Of a DNA stretch of 64,000 nucleotides, positions 33,744 through 44,099 are shown piece by piece. The stretch's first letter is position 1. The number at the start of each line of letters is the position of its first letter. A program made the position numbers and the translations under genes. The notes under the pieces are model-generated. The model was not told where the DNA came from. It saw only the letters and a program-made list of their open reading frames with translations, and did not search any database. Location of the stretch: positions 672,001-736,000 of the forward strand of contig BK006943.2 of NCBI GenBank assembly GCA_000146045.2, written 5' to 3'. Source of the DNA: TPA_inf: Saccharomyces (taxonomy: Eukaryota).

Positions 33744-34874
33744 ATGACCTTGGCACCCCTAGACGCCTCCAAAGTTAAGATAACTACCACACAACATGCA
33801 TCTAAGCCAAAACCGAACAGTGAGTTAGTGTTTGGCAAGAGCTTCACGGACCACATGTTAACTGCGGAATGGACAGCTGAAAAAGGGTGGGGTACCCCAG
33901 AGATTAAACCTTATCAAAATCTGTCTTTAGACCCTTCCGCGGTGGTTTTCCATTATGCTTTTGAGCTATTCGAAGGGATGAAGGCTTACAGAACGGTGGA
34001 CAACAAAATTACAATGTTTCGTCCAGATATGAATATGAAGCGCATGAATAAGTCTGCTCAGAGAATCTGTTTGCCAACGTTCGACCCAGAAGAGTTGATT
34101 ACCCTAATTGGGAAACTGATCCAGCAAGATAAGTGCTTAGTTCCTGAAGGAAAAGGTTACTCTTTATATATCAGGCCTACATTAATCGGCACTACGGCCG
34201 GTTTAGGGGTTTCCACGCCTGATAGAGCCTTGCTATATGTCATTTGCTGCCCTGTGGGTCCTTATTACAAAACTGGATTTAAGGCGGTCAGACTGGAAGC
34301 CACTGATTATGCCACAAGAGCTTGGCCAGGAGGCTGTGGTGACAAGAAACTAGGTGCAAACTACGCCCCCTGCGTCCTGCCACAATTGCAAGCTGCTTCA
34401 AGGGGTTACCAACAAAATTTATGGCTATTTGGTCCAAATAACAACATTACTGAAGTCGGCACCATGAATGCTTTTTTCGTGTTTAAAGATAGTAAAACGG
34501 GCAAGAAGGAACTAGTTACTGCTCCACTAGACGGTACCATTTTGGAAGGTGTTACTAGGGATTCCATTTTAAATCTTGCTAAAGAAAGACTCGAACCAAG
34601 TGAATGGACCATTAGTGAACGCTACTTCACTATAGGCGAAGTTACTGAGAGATCCAAGAACGGTGAACTACTTGAAGCCTTTGGTTCTGGTACTGCTGCG
34701 ATTGTTTCTCCCATTAAGGAAATCGGCTGGAAAGGCGAACAAATTAATATTCCGTTGTTGCCCGGCGAACAAACCGGTCCATTGGCCAAAGAAGTTGCAC
34801 AATGGATTAATGGAATCCAATATGGCGAGACTGAGCATGGCAATTGGTCAAGGGTTGTTACTGATTTGAACTGA
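33744..34874 (+). CDS. BAT2: Cytosolic branched-chain amino-acid aminotransferase (PLP fold type IV), 376 aa
   Basis: Starts MTLAPLDASKVKITTTQ, is 376 aa, has a class-IV aminotransferase core, and lacks a mitochondrial presequence. Confidence 0.94.
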   Translation: MTLAPLDASKVKITTTQHASKPKPNSELVFGKSFTDHMLTAEWTAEKGWGTPEIKPYQNLSLDPSAVVFHYAFELFEGMKAYRTVDNKITMFRPDMNMKRMNKSAQRICLPTFDPEELITLIGKLIQQDKCLVPEGKGYSLYIRPTLIGTTAGLGVSTPDRALLYVICCPVGPYYKTGFKAVRLEATDYATRAWPGGCGDKKLGANYAPCVLPQLQAASRGYQQNLWLFGPNNNITEVGTMNAFFVFKDSKTGKKELVTAPLDGTILEGVTRDSILNLAKERLEPSEWTISERYFTIGEVTERSKNGELLEAFGSGTAAIVSPIKEIGWKGEQINIPLLPGEQTGPLAKEVAQWINGIQYGETEHGNWSRVVTDLN

Positions 34875-35159
34875 AGTATCGCTATTGCTACGTAAAGTAA
34901 TTAAAAGTTAAAAAGAATAAAACTAGAGCGTTTTTTCTACTGAGTTAAGGGGTCATGTCAGAATATAACATACCCTTTGACATTGTATATATGAATTCCT
35001 GGATTTTGCAGTGATCTGATAAAAAATGTATGTCGAAACCTGCAATTATCCTTTCGTTTTTTTTCTTGTCATCTAGTGCTGGCCTATCGGTATCAAGGAC
35101 ATCTTTTGCGCGGATAGAAAAGGGCCCATACATACCTTAGAAGCAACTCAAGACAATTC

Positions 35160-36374
35160 ATGTACTTTTTAAACCAACTAATATTTCAAGACGTTTCCGT
35201 AATGTCGGTGGATAAAAGAGAAGATATGAGCAGATCTTTCCAAAAATGTTTAAACTTGAGATACCCTATCATCCAGGCCCCTATGGCGGGGGTCACGACT
35301 ATTGAAATGGCCGCTAAGGCTTGTATTGCGGGCGCCATAGCTTCACTACCCCTATCCCACTTAGACTTCAGAAAGGTCAATGATATTGAAAAGCTTAAAC
35401 TGATGGTTTCACAATTCAGAGATCAAGTAGCCGATGAATCTTTAGAGGGCAATCTCAACCTAAACTTTTTTTGCCATGATATCGTTGATAAACCGACCGA
35501 TCTTCAAACAGCTAACTGGGCGAAGCTATACAGAAAGTCTATGAATGTGCCGATTGATATGAATGAGATTAAATTCGATAATGGTAATGTATCTTTTAAG
35601 GCATTTGAAAAAGAAAATGCTCTTCAAGATTTTTTCCAGTACCTATCAGATGGCTTTAGGCCTAAAATCATTAGTTTCCATTTTGGCCATCCGTCGAAAT
35701 CTACAATAGAATATTTACAAAAAATTGGAATTCTAATTTTTGTGACTGCCACCTCTGTAAGAGAAGTTCGATTGTTAGCACGTCTCGGCATTAATGGCAT
35801 AGTGTGTCAAGGCTATGAAGCGGGAGGACATAGAGGAAATTTCTTAGTAAATGACCCCAAAGATGATGAAAACTTATCAACTGTACAATTGGTGAAAAGA
35901 ACAGTTGATGAACTTGCTGAAATGAAAAATAAAGGTCTTATACATGCTACTCCCTTTGTCATTGCAGCAGGTGGTATAATGGATTCCAAAGATATATCAT
36001 ACATGTTATCACAGCAAGCAGACGCTGTTCAAGTGGGGACTGCTTTTCTTGGTTGCAGTGAATCCAATGCATCAAAAAACTTTTCAAGCCCCTTCACTCG
36101 AGAAACAACAACTAAAATGGTTAATATAATATCAGGAAAGCCTGCAAGGACCATCTCTACTCCTTTTATCGAAAAAGTCATTGCTAATTTTCAAGGTGAG
36201 GAGCTTCCTCCATATGGCTACATGTATAGTGCTTTCAAGCAAGTAAGAAAAAAGTATCCAGAATTGGCTAACTTTATTTTAGCTGGACAAGGATTTCAGA
36301 ATGTCCAATCAGGAATCACAACAGACAAGAAAATTGAAACTATGGGCGCAAGATTGAAAATTGACGGAAAATAA
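35160..36374 (+). CDS. Nitronate monooxygenase (2-nitropropane dioxygenase)-like FMN enzyme, 404 aa, uncharacterised
   Basis: Corresponds to YJR149W. It is an NMO-family TIM-barrel protein (IQAPMAGVTT ... GIVCQGYEAGGHRG). Confidence 0.85.
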   Translation: MYFLNQLIFQDVSVMSVDKREDMSRSFQKCLNLRYPIIQAPMAGVTTIEMAAKACIAGAIASLPLSHLDFRKVNDIEKLKLMVSQFRDQVADESLEGNLNLNFFCHDIVDKPTDLQTANWAKLYRKSMNVPIDMNEIKFDNGNVSFKAFEKENALQDFFQYLSDGFRPKIISFHFGHPSKSTIEYLQKIGILIFVTATSVREVRLLARLGINGIVCQGYEAGGHRGNFLVNDPKDDENLSTVQLVKRTVDELAEMKNKGLIHATPFVIAAGGIMDSKDISYMLSQQADAVQVGTAFLGCSESNASKNFSSPFTRETTTKMVNIISGKPARTISTPFIEKVIANFQGEELPPYGYMYSAFKQVRKKYPELANFILAGQGFQNVQSGITTDKKIETMGARLKIDGK

Positions 36375-36810
36375 TATAAATACATATAAAAGACCTGATA
36401 CTTATTGACACAAATTTTCTGGATGACCTTTTTCTATATGATATATATACGTCGCTATTGGATCGTAGGTTACTTGGCCATTATTTGAGCGTAACCGTTC
36501 ACAGGATGTGGGCTTTAAGGAATACAAAATCCAAATATGGAAAAAATTTGATATCAATTTAGGGCTTTAATATCTAAAGGTATTTATTTTTTTCACAGTT
36601 TTTTTTCTGTTAAGCTGTCTGCAATAAGGAATGCTCCTGACATGAAATTCGAAAAGGACCGGAAATAGTTGGAGCACAAGACTGCAAACTAAAAAACAAA
36701 TTTCTTTGGAATTTCCTTACGCTTATAGTATATATCTTATAAATATTAAAATTAAGAGAATTCAATTATTTTACATCATTTATACAACTGTACAGGGCCG
36801 CACATGATCA

Positions 36811-37707
36811 CTATAACAATAGAGCGGCGGCACCAGCAATAGCAGCGGCACCGAAAACACCGTTATTGAACTTGTTAGCACCGTTAGTGGTAACGTCAAT
36901 AACACGAGATGCTGACGATGTGACAGAAGTAGCTGTAGATTGAGCTTTGGAGGAGACTGGCTTAGTCACAGTTGAACAGACGTTATTTGAACAACTAGTT
37001 ATGGTAGTTTCAACAGTGGAAGCTTGAGTCTTTGTGACGGTGCTGTCAGTACCATTTTGGACCACTGGAGTGACTGAGATAGAAGATGTAGAAGAAACTG
37101 GAGCTGTGGTATTGGCAAAACTAGCAGAGCTTGCAACAGAGCTTGCAACAGAGCTTGCAACAGAACTTTCAGCAGAACTTGCAATGGTGCTTGCAGCAGA
37201 GCTAGATTCAGATGAAACAGTAGCTTGGGTGGAAGCAGCGTTTGAGCTGGTCTCTGCTGAACTTTCAGAGGAGCTAGAAGACTCAGTGGCGGCACTAGAA
37301 GCTTCTGAAGTGGAGGTGGAAGAAGCCTCTGTGGTAGAAGCTGGTACTGCAGTAGCAATACCTTCATTCGCAAGTGCTTCGGAAATAGCACCCATCAATC
37401 TAGTAGAGTACCATGGCACACCGGTGATCATTCTGGTCACTTCATCACCTGAAATACCAGTCAACATGGTGGTGAAATCGCCACCGGCAAAAACAGCCTT
37501 GGCAATTTCAGGTGGGTATGTTTCAGTCTTATGCAAAGCCTGGAAAGCGTAATATTCAGATAAATGGGCGCCAATATCAGAAACGTAAACAGCCAATTCA
37601 ATCAAATTGACCCTTTCATCATAAGGGGATAGAGTGGTGGTCACGGATGCGGCGGTTGCACTTGCCACTAATGCTGCGGCGACAGCTAATATACTAATTC
37701 TAGACAT
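36811..37707 (-). CDS. DAN1: Anaerobically induced GPI-anchored cell-wall mannoprotein (Srp1/Tip1/PAU-domain), 298 aa
   Basis: It has a signal peptide and the conserved PAU-type domain ([33 protein letters not shown]...GVPWYSTRL). The remainder is Ser/Thr/Ala-rich. The C-terminus has a GPI signal ([13 protein letters not shown]). Confidence 0.92.
37115..37200. repeat. Degenerate 12-nt tandem repeat (gagcttgcaaca, about 7 copies) inside DAN1, encoding (SVAS)n
   Basis: Three perfect units lie at 37127-37162, flanked by diverged copies. Confidence 0.85.
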
Positions 37708-37879
37708 TACTTGGGGTATATATTTAGTATGCTACACTTTTATCTGAAAAAGAAGAAATAGTACCGTGTCGACATAAAAATAGTATCATTTAGTCGTGCT
37801 ATTTTATACGCAGTATTTTCAATCATTTCTATTCAATGAGTACCCAGGGACCCTTTTGCATTTCTAGCATTCTCTGTTC

Positions 37880-37887
37880 CTGAACGA
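37880..37887. promoter_or_regulatory. AR1 anaerobic response element (CTGAACGA = TCGTTCAG reverse complement; Upc2/Ecm22-type) in the DAN1 promoter
   Basis: It is an exact match to the published AR1 consensus TCGTTYAG. The same motif occurs at the equivalent place upstream of DAN4. Confidence 0.6.
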
Positions 37888-37903
37888 TGTTTTGTTAGAG
37901 GCC

Positions 37904-37910
37904 TCGTATA
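37904..37910. promoter_or_regulatory. Sterol-response-element core TCGTATA in the DAN1 promoter, 17 bp from the AR1 site
   Basis: The string ctCGTATAga. TCGTATA is the Upc2/Ecm22 SRE core. It is conserved in the DAN4 promoter copy. Confidence 0.5.
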
Positions 37911-38111
37911 GATCTTGGCATTTTCAAAGGCACGCGTTGTATTGTTTTATTGCCTATCAAAGGAACGCGCAGGAAACATGAAACTTTTCAGAGGAGCGTC
38001 TACGGAGGATACATTCATCAATTTTTCCTCATAAATTAAACGATGTGTACAAAAAGGACGAATTGACCCCGTCGTTCGGCGAAACCTTATGTATTTTCCT
38101 GGCCATATGTG

Positions 38112-38119
38112 CTAAACGA
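38112..38119. promoter_or_regulatory. Second AR1 match (CTAAACGA = TCGTTTAG reverse complement) ~410 bp upstream of DAN1
   Basis: It is an exact match to the TCGTTYAG consensus. Confidence 0.5.
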
Positions 38120-40254
38120 CAGATAAAATAGGAAATTCTCCCCATTTTCGACTAATAAGATAAGCGGGAGATAGCATCATATGAACTTTTGCACTCAAAC
38201 GAAGAAAGCACGTGAGGATTGAAGAAAACGGATCGCCGAATCCAGCGTGAATTGAGCTCAACAATTTTTAACTATATCAATCTCTTTCACTTTAAACACT
38301 ACCACTTAAATCTTTTTAAAACGCTTTGCCCAATGACCCTTTTTTTATTAAGGTTGCTGAGCTATTTTTTCTATACTATTGTCAAACTCCAAAGATATTT
38401 TGAGCTTTATTTTCTTGCAAACAAAATACCCTACTGCTTAATAAATGCAATGTATACATAGTTTTCAAGGTACATTATATTTTAAAGTTACCTCAGGCCT
38501 GTTTGCCCTTGCATTCTACAGTCCCTTTGTAAGGGTGTGAGACAAAAGGCCTCGTTAGCTACGACTGTTGAAATCGTTTGAATTCGGCTTACAATCTAAC
38601 TTTGACTGCGCAATTGTTCATGAATTTATAGTGTGCTTGCGAGGGGCAACTTCATACGAAGGCTTGTAGGACCCCTAAGTGCATCCATAAACATGCTCAA
38701 AGATTGTCTTAGAAACCACAAGGAGAACGCACAGTATGAATTAAATAAGTTGCGCTCTGCTAGAATATTTTGACGATTACAAAGTCAGAGATCGAAACAT
38801 TTCCGCTGTGCAACTAAGTAATTTTCCCAATCTTTGGAGAAAATCAATAATCACAAGATTAGTACTTATCCTCTTGTAGGCTTCTCTCTTTCGCTATAAA
38901 TAGAGCAGAAAAATATGATACAGAAGGTCGAAAGTTTGCTTCGCTGACTGAAGCTTTCTGTCAAGAGTTGACAAAAACATACAAGATTCAGTATTGATAA
39001 TAAATGGCCTGCACTTAAGACTCAACCATCCCAATAAGTTACCTAGTTGTGTTACCTAAGCTAGGAAAATACACATTGAAAGATGTTTTACAAAGTATTG
39101 TAAAGGTACAATGCATTCTAGGCCGAATGTTCATTTCGGATTGTAATATGTAGTCAACGATAACGAACCTCATGGTTATGGTTATTTCTGTTCCAAATTT
39201 GCAAAATAGATCTTCATTGTCGTTGTCGGAACGGGTGGTTTATAATTTTAGTAACCATAGTAACTGAATAAAGTGACCAAACAGTATACTTCATAGCTCC
39301 AGGCTAGGAAACAAGATACTACTGCGAAACTAGCGGAAGAAGTTACGTTAAAGATCTATTAATTCAATGTTAATTCAAATTTAATATACGTAGGGATGCG
39401 AGTTATTACATTGGAAATATAGCAAATCACTGAAATACCATCATTTTGAATACATTCGTCATCGCCGCATCAGTTATACGTTTCTGCTATACCGTATAAG
39501 AATACTTGCTTCTATTCTTAGTTATACTGAATTTTAGACATTAATAAACTACTAACGGTTGCTACTACACTACACTATTCTTCTACCAATGTCGATGAGA
39601 GCGAACTCTTCAGAAAGCAGTTTACTTGAATAAATTTTTTCAAAGGCCCTCATTTCTAATGCCTTGTGACCTAGAATTTAGCAGCGTCAACTTTATGGAG
39701 CGTTATTTCTCAATTCCATCTTTGTGCCGCGTAGTTCTATCTTACATAACTTTATTTTAAGAAGAGCTTTAGTTCATGTTCTTGGAAGAATTCCTTTTTT
39801 GACACGATTTTTAACCTAAAGGCTAAATTTTATTTAAACTAACAGTGAACAAAGTATTTAAAGCTTCATATGTGAGTTGTCGAACACGTCAATAAACGGA
39901 GGTAATAAAATGAAGGATGAGGGAAAAAAAAAACCATAATTTTAGGCTGAAGCCCATATTGTGATATTTTTAATGTTTTCTTAGAAAAATTAAAAAACTT
40001 CTCAATTAAATGTAAAATTTTACTTGTTGGCGATACCTTAGAGGATTCAAATTTAACTAGTGTTAATATACGAACTGGTAACACTAATGTTTAGATACCT
40101 GTATATCATACAAACCATTCAAAGTGTATAGGAGTATGTTCACAAACCGTAGTATTATGTGCTACATGAATCAAGTATAGATTTAAAATTTCTTTCAAGT
40201 CAATTTAAATTATTTTACAATTGTTTATATGCTTGTGAAGATTATATTGTATCA

Positions 40255-43200
40255 CTATAGCAGTAATAAAGCGACAACAGCAACGATAGCGGTACCAAAA
40301 ATGTTATCTTTATCGAAATTATAGGCACCGTTGGTATTGATACTGACAGTATAAGAAGCAGATGAATGAGCAATGGAAGTAGCCGAGGAGGCTTTTGGAA
40401 TTGGTGAGATGACTTTGCTGGTAGCGGTCGCGATTGGTGCAGTTAACATGGTACAGGTTCCACCTGAGCAGTTGGTCACAGTAGTTTGAGTGATAGACAA
40501 TCCGGTTCTGGTAAACATGCTAATCCCTGCATCGACAGTAGTCAGGGTGGTACAGGCACCCGCAGAGCAACTGACTTTAATCGCTTTGGGGATGGTCGAC
40601 TCTGCATTGTTCGATGTAGTGGCTTTGGAGTTGAAACTACTAACCGGAGACATCAGCGTGGTGCAAATACCACCCGAACAACTAGTAATAGTAGTTTCCA
40701 TAGTTAGCAACTCGGTTTTAGTAGAGGCGACATCTTCTTCATTATCTTCGCAACTAATGGTAGCGGTGGTAGTTGCTTCGCTGGTGATTGTAGTAACTGG
40801 AACAGTCAGGGTCGAGCAAACACCACCAGAGCATGTTGTTATAGTTGTTTCGACCGTGGAAGTTTCTGTAGTTGTTAATGTGTTCGCCTTAGCATTAATA
40901 GTAGTAACCGGAGACATCAGCGTGGTACAAATACCACCCGAACAACTAGTTATAGTAGTTTCCAAAGTTAGCAACTCGGTTTCAGTAGAAGTGATATCTT
41001 CTTCATTATCTTCGCAACTAATGGTAGCGGTGGTAGTGGCTTCGCTGGTGATTGTAGTAACTGGAACAGTCAGGGTCGAGCAAACACCACCAGGGCATGT
41101 TGTTATAGTTGTTTCGACCGTGGAAGTTTCTGTAGTTGTTAATGTGTTCGCCTTAGCATTAATAGTAGTAACCGGAGACATCAGCGTGGTACAAATACCA
41201 CCCGAACAACTAGTTATAGTAGTTTCAACGGTAGAAACTTGAGTTTTCGTCAAAACACTATCTTCATTAGTACAACTACTCTTACAGCTCGTGATGACAA
41301 TTTCATCTGTTGATAGGTTTGTAAATGTTGAGGTTGCATTACGAACATTTTCTATCGTGCTGAACAGACCGCTACTGATGGTGTTGGAACTTCTGGCATC
41401 ACTGCAATTACTTCTTGAGGATACTAAGAGAGGGGAACTTGATGCAAAAGATGCGACTGACGATGTAGGTTCCATAGAAAATGAAGAGACGATCGATTGG
41501 GAAACAGTGAAAGTACTTAAAGTGAAACTTGACATATTTGATGACGAAAGATATAAGGAAGAAGTCCGCTCAGCAATGAAGCTAGTGGATGTAGACGTAA
41601 TTGCAGTAGACGACTCTGGAGAGGAACTGATTTCACTGAAGGGAATATTAGGAGAAACTGAATCGGTAGAGCTAGTGACCACAGTTGAAGAAACAGCAAG
41701 TGGAGTGGAAGGCGTAGCAAAAAAGGTAGTAGATTGGGTAGAGGAGTTACCAGAGACATCAGATTTAGCAGAAACAGTGGATCTGGTAAAGAAATCAGCA
41801 GCCTTGCTCGAGGAAACAACGGCTGAAGTGAAAGTGGATGTGGCAGATAGACTTTCAGTAGAAGAAATGGATTCATCAGAAGAAGGTCCAACCAAAGAAG
41901 TGGGTTCAACTGATGAACTGATCCCGCTTGAAGTAAGTACTTCAATGGAAGAAGGAATCTCAGAAGAGGAAGTAATTACACTAGAAACTATTAGTTCACT
42001 GGAAATGGTGATTTGATTAGAGGAGATAGATTCTGCGGAAGTGGTTGCTTTACTGAAAGAGAGAGGTTCAGCAGAAGAGGTGATTTCACTGAAAGTAGAC
42101 CCGAAGGAAGAAACAGGTTCTGTCGTGGTCACTTGACTAGACCTGATAGGTTCAACAGAAGAGGTGACTTCACTTACAGTAGTAGGTTCAGCGGATGAAG
42201 TGACTTGACTAGACCTGATAGGTTCAACAGAAGAGGTGAATTCACTGACAGTAGTAGGTTCAGCGGATGAAGTGACTTGACTAGACCTGGTAGGTTCAAC
42301 AGAAGAGGTGAATTCACTGACAGTAGTAGGTTCAGCGGATGAAGTGACTTGACTAGACCTGGTAGGTTCAACAGAAGAGGTGAATTCACTGACAGTAGTA
42401 GGTTCAGCGGATGAAGTGACTTGACTAGACCTGGTAGGTTCAACAGAAGAGGTGAATTCACTGACAGTAGTAGGTTCAGCGGATGAAGTGACTTGACTAG
42501 ACCTGGTAGGTTCAACAGAAGAGGTGAATTCACTGACAGTAGTAGGTTCAGCGGATGAAGTGACTTGACTAGACCTGGTAGGTTCAACAGAAGAGGTGAC
42601 TTCACTGACAGTAGTAGGCTCAGCGGATGAAGTGACTTGGCTGGGACTACTTGAACTGATATATGTATCGCTCGTAGTAGTAGTAGTTGCAGAAGTAGTG
42701 AATGCGTTAGTTGTTGAGACACTAGAGGTTGTATGGTCAGTAGAAGCCGTAGATGTGGCAGGTGTAGTAAGACTGGCAAAAGTGGTAGAGGTTGTAGCAG
42801 TGGTAGAAATGACAGAGGATGCAGAGGCACTAGAAGTACTGAAAGTGCTTGAAGTTGTAGAGGTCGTGGGAGCGGTAGAAATGGTAGAAGTGGTAGAGGT
42901 TGTAGAAGTTGTAGAAGTTGTAGGAGCGGTAGAGGTTGTAGAAGTTGTAGGAGTGGTAGAAGTTGTAGGAGTAGTCGATGTGCTTGAAGTAGTAGGAGTA
43001 GTCGATTTGGTGGAAGTTTGAGAAGTGGTGGAGGTTGTAGAAGTTGTAGGAGTGGTAGAAGTTGTAGGAGTGGTAGAAGTTGTAGAAGTTGTAGGAGTGG
43101 TAGAAGTAGTAGAGGTTGTAGGAGTAGTCGATGTGGTAGAAGTTGTAGGAGTGGTAGAAGTAGTAGAGGTTGTAGGAGTAGTCGATGTGGTAGAAGTTGT

Positions 43201-43740
43201 AGGAGTGGTAGAAGTAGTAGAGGTTGTAGGAGTAGTCGATGTGGTAGAAGTTGTAGGAGTGGTAGAAGTAGTAGAGGTTGTAGGAGTAGTCGATGTGGTA
43301 GAAGTAGTAGAAGTGATAGTGGTGGTAGGAGTAGTCGAAGTACTAGATTTTGTAGTCGTTGTAGAAGTAGAGGTTGGGATAGCCGTGTAAATACCATCCT
43401 TTGAAAGCGCTGAAGAGATAGCCGGCTTTAATCTGGTAGAGTACCACGGAACACCAGTGATCATTCTAGTTACTTCATCACCCGAAATACCGGTCAATCG
43501 AGTAGTGAAATCACCGTAGTCAAAAACGGCTGCTGCGATTTCCGAAGGATATGTTTCAGTCTTATGGTGATTCCGGAAAGAGTAGTACTGAAATATGTGG
43601 GCTCTGATGTCAGAAACATAAACAGCCAATTCAATAAGGTTGACTCTTTCATCGTAAGGAGATAAAGTAGTGGTCGCTGTAATAGCAGCCGCACTAGTAG
43701 CTAAGGCTACAATTCCTGCTACGATGCTTATATTAACCAT
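40255..43740 (-). CDS. DAN4: Large anaerobically induced Ser/Thr-rich GPI cell-wall mannoprotein, 1161 aa, containing three internal tandem-repeat arrays
   Basis: The N-terminal 107 aa are paralogous to DAN1, and the nucleotide similarity between 43419-43683 and 37383-37650 is visible. It is about 50% Ser/Thr. The C-terminus has a GPI signal ([13 protein letters not shown]). Confidence 0.92.
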   Translation of the reverse strand: MVNISIVAGIVALATSAAAITATTTLSPYDERVNLIELAVYVSDIRAHIFQYYSFRNHHKTETYPSEIAAAVFDYGDFTTRLTGISGDEVTRMITGVPWYSTRLKPAISSALSKDGIYTAIPTSTSTTTTKSSTSTTPTTTITSTTSTTSTTPTTSTTSTTPTTSTTSTTPTTSTTSTTPTTSTTSTTPTTSTTSTTPTTSTTSTTPTTSTTSTTPTTSTTSTTPTTSTTPTTSTTSTTSQTSTKSTTPTTSSTSTTPTTSTTPTTSTTSTAPTTSTTSTTSTTSTISTAPTTSTTSSTFSTSSASASSVISTTATTSTTFASLTTPATSTASTDHTTSSVSTTNAFTTSATTTTTSDTYISSSSPSQVTSSAEPTTVSEVTSSVEPTRSSQVTSSAEPTTVSEFTSSVEPTRSSQVTSSAEPTTVSEFTSSVEPTRSSQVTSSAEPTTVSEFTSSVEPTRSSQVTSSAEPTTVSEFTSSVEPTRSSQVTSSAEPTTVSEFTSSVEPIRSSQVTSSAEPTTVSEVTSSVEPIRSSQVTTTEPVSSFGSTFSEITSSAEPLSFSKATTSAESISSNQITISSELIVSSVITSSSEIPSSIEVLTSSGISSSVEPTSLVGPSSDESISSTESLSATSTFTSAVVSSSKAADFFTRSTVSAKSDVSGNSSTQSTTFFATPSTPLAVSSTVVTSSTDSVSPNIPFSEISSSPESSTAITSTSTSFIAERTSSLYLSSSNMSSFTLSTFTVSQSIVSSFSMEPTSSVASFASSSPLLVSSRSNCSDARSSNTISSGLFSTIENVRNATSTFTNLSTDEIVITSCKSSCTNEDSVLTKTQVSTVETTITSCSGGICTTLMSPVTTINAKANTLTTTETSTVETTITTCPGGVCSTLTVPVTTITSEATTTATISCEDNEEDITSTETELLTLETTITSCSGGICTTLMSPVTTINAKANTLTTTETSTVETTITTCSGGVCSTLTVPVTTITSEATTTATISCEDNEEDVASTKTELLTMETTITSCSGGICTTLMSPVSSFNSKATTSNNAESTIPKAIKVSCSAGACTTLTTVDAGISMFTRTGLSITQTTVTNCSGGTCTMLTAPIATATSKVISPIPKASSATSIAHSSASYTVSINTNGAYNFDKDNIFGTAIVAVVALLLL
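40630..41235. repeat. 264-nt (88-aa) tandem repeat, 2.2 copies, in the Cys-containing C-terminal region of DAN4
   Basis: The string gagacatcagcgtggt recurs at 40647, 40911 and 41175, an exact 264-nt spacing. The unit encodes [44 protein letters not shown](P/S)[32 protein letters not shown]. Confidence 0.9.
42063..42640. repeat. 72-nt (24-aa) tandem repeat, about 8 copies, in DAN4, encoding [24 protein letters not shown]
   Basis: The unit gtagtaggttcagcggatgaagtgacttgactagacctggtaggttcaacagaagaggtgaattcactgaca is counted at 72 nt and repeats nearly perfectly. Confidence 0.92.
42850..43370. repeat. 27-nt (9-aa) tandem repeat, about 17-19 copies, in DAN4, encoding (TTSTTSTTP)n
   Basis: It alternates ggtagaagttgtaggagt and ggtagaagtagtagaggttgtaggagtagtcgatgt, and the protein shows [11 protein letters not shown] repeated. 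Confidence 0.9.
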
Positions 43741-43928
43741 TGCTTTCTTCGGAGTTTTTCGGATATCGCAGATTCGACAGGAACTGGTACTTATTTCAGT
43801 TTGAGCATACTCTCAATACAGCCATTTACACAGGCCATTTATAGGCTTTCGAACCAAACAGCTGTTGTATAAACGAATATATTGGAGCAAAATCACTATC
43901 TTTGCCAATGCTTCTTGTTTTACAGTTC

Positions 43929-43936
43929 CTGAACGA
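43929..43936. promoter_or_regulatory. AR1 element (CTGAACGA) in the DAN4 promoter, in the same context as the DAN1 copy (ttcCTGAACGAtg)
   Basis: It is an exact match to TCGTTYAG. The flanks are shared with 37877-37889. Confidence 0.6.
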
Positions 43937-43954
43937 TGGAGATCTTAAACAGAT

Positions 43955-43961
43955 CTCGTAT
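43955..43961. promoter_or_regulatory. SRE core TCGTATA in the DAN4 promoter, 18 bp from AR1, mirroring DAN1
   Basis: The string ctCGTATAat. It is followed by a shared aaaggcacgcg block at 43978-43988, matching 37927-37937. Confidence 0.5.
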
Positions 43962-44091
43962 AATTTTTGACATCTTTAAAGGCACGCGATGTACTGTCTT
44001 TTTCACCGCCAAAGAAATGCGCAGCATGTAAAAACTTCTCCGGAGAAAACGCCTACGGATGGGCAGATCGATCGAATTTCCCCGTGCCTAA

Positions 44092-44099
44092 ATTGTTCT
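44092..44099. promoter_or_regulatory. Rox1/AR2-like ATTGTTCT in the DAN4 promoter
   Basis: The string ctaaATTGTTCTgc fits the Rox1 core of YYYATTGTTCTC. ATTGTT cores also occur upstream of DAN1 (37941, 38613). Confidence 0.4.

Noticed and set aside
36999-37552. Antisense and off-frame ORFs inside DAN1 (36999-37391 -, 37034-37552 +).
   Set aside because: They arise for the same reason, a low-complexity Ser/Ala/Thr-rich coding region. There is no independent signal.
39960-39985. Possible ARS consensus (TTTTAATGTTTT) in the DAN1-DAN4 spacer, and other A/T-rich near-matches.
   Set aside because: None matches the 11-bp ACS WTTTAYRTTTW at all positions (this one fails at position 6). I cannot assess B elements by eye, so no ARS call is made.
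40490-43404. Several long antisense or off-frame ORFs inside DAN4 (40490-41242 +, 41291-42016 +, 42174-43397 -, 43018-43404 +, 43025-43390 +), some over 400 codons.
   Set aside because: They lie entirely within low-complexity tandem repeats. Those repeats encode Ser/Thr on the sense frame and, through their codon bias (ACT/ACC/TCT), happen to lack stops in other frames. The products are monotonous (L/P-rich, V/E-rich, R/S/C-rich) and repeat with the same 27/72/264-nt periods. They are artefacts of the repeat, not genes.
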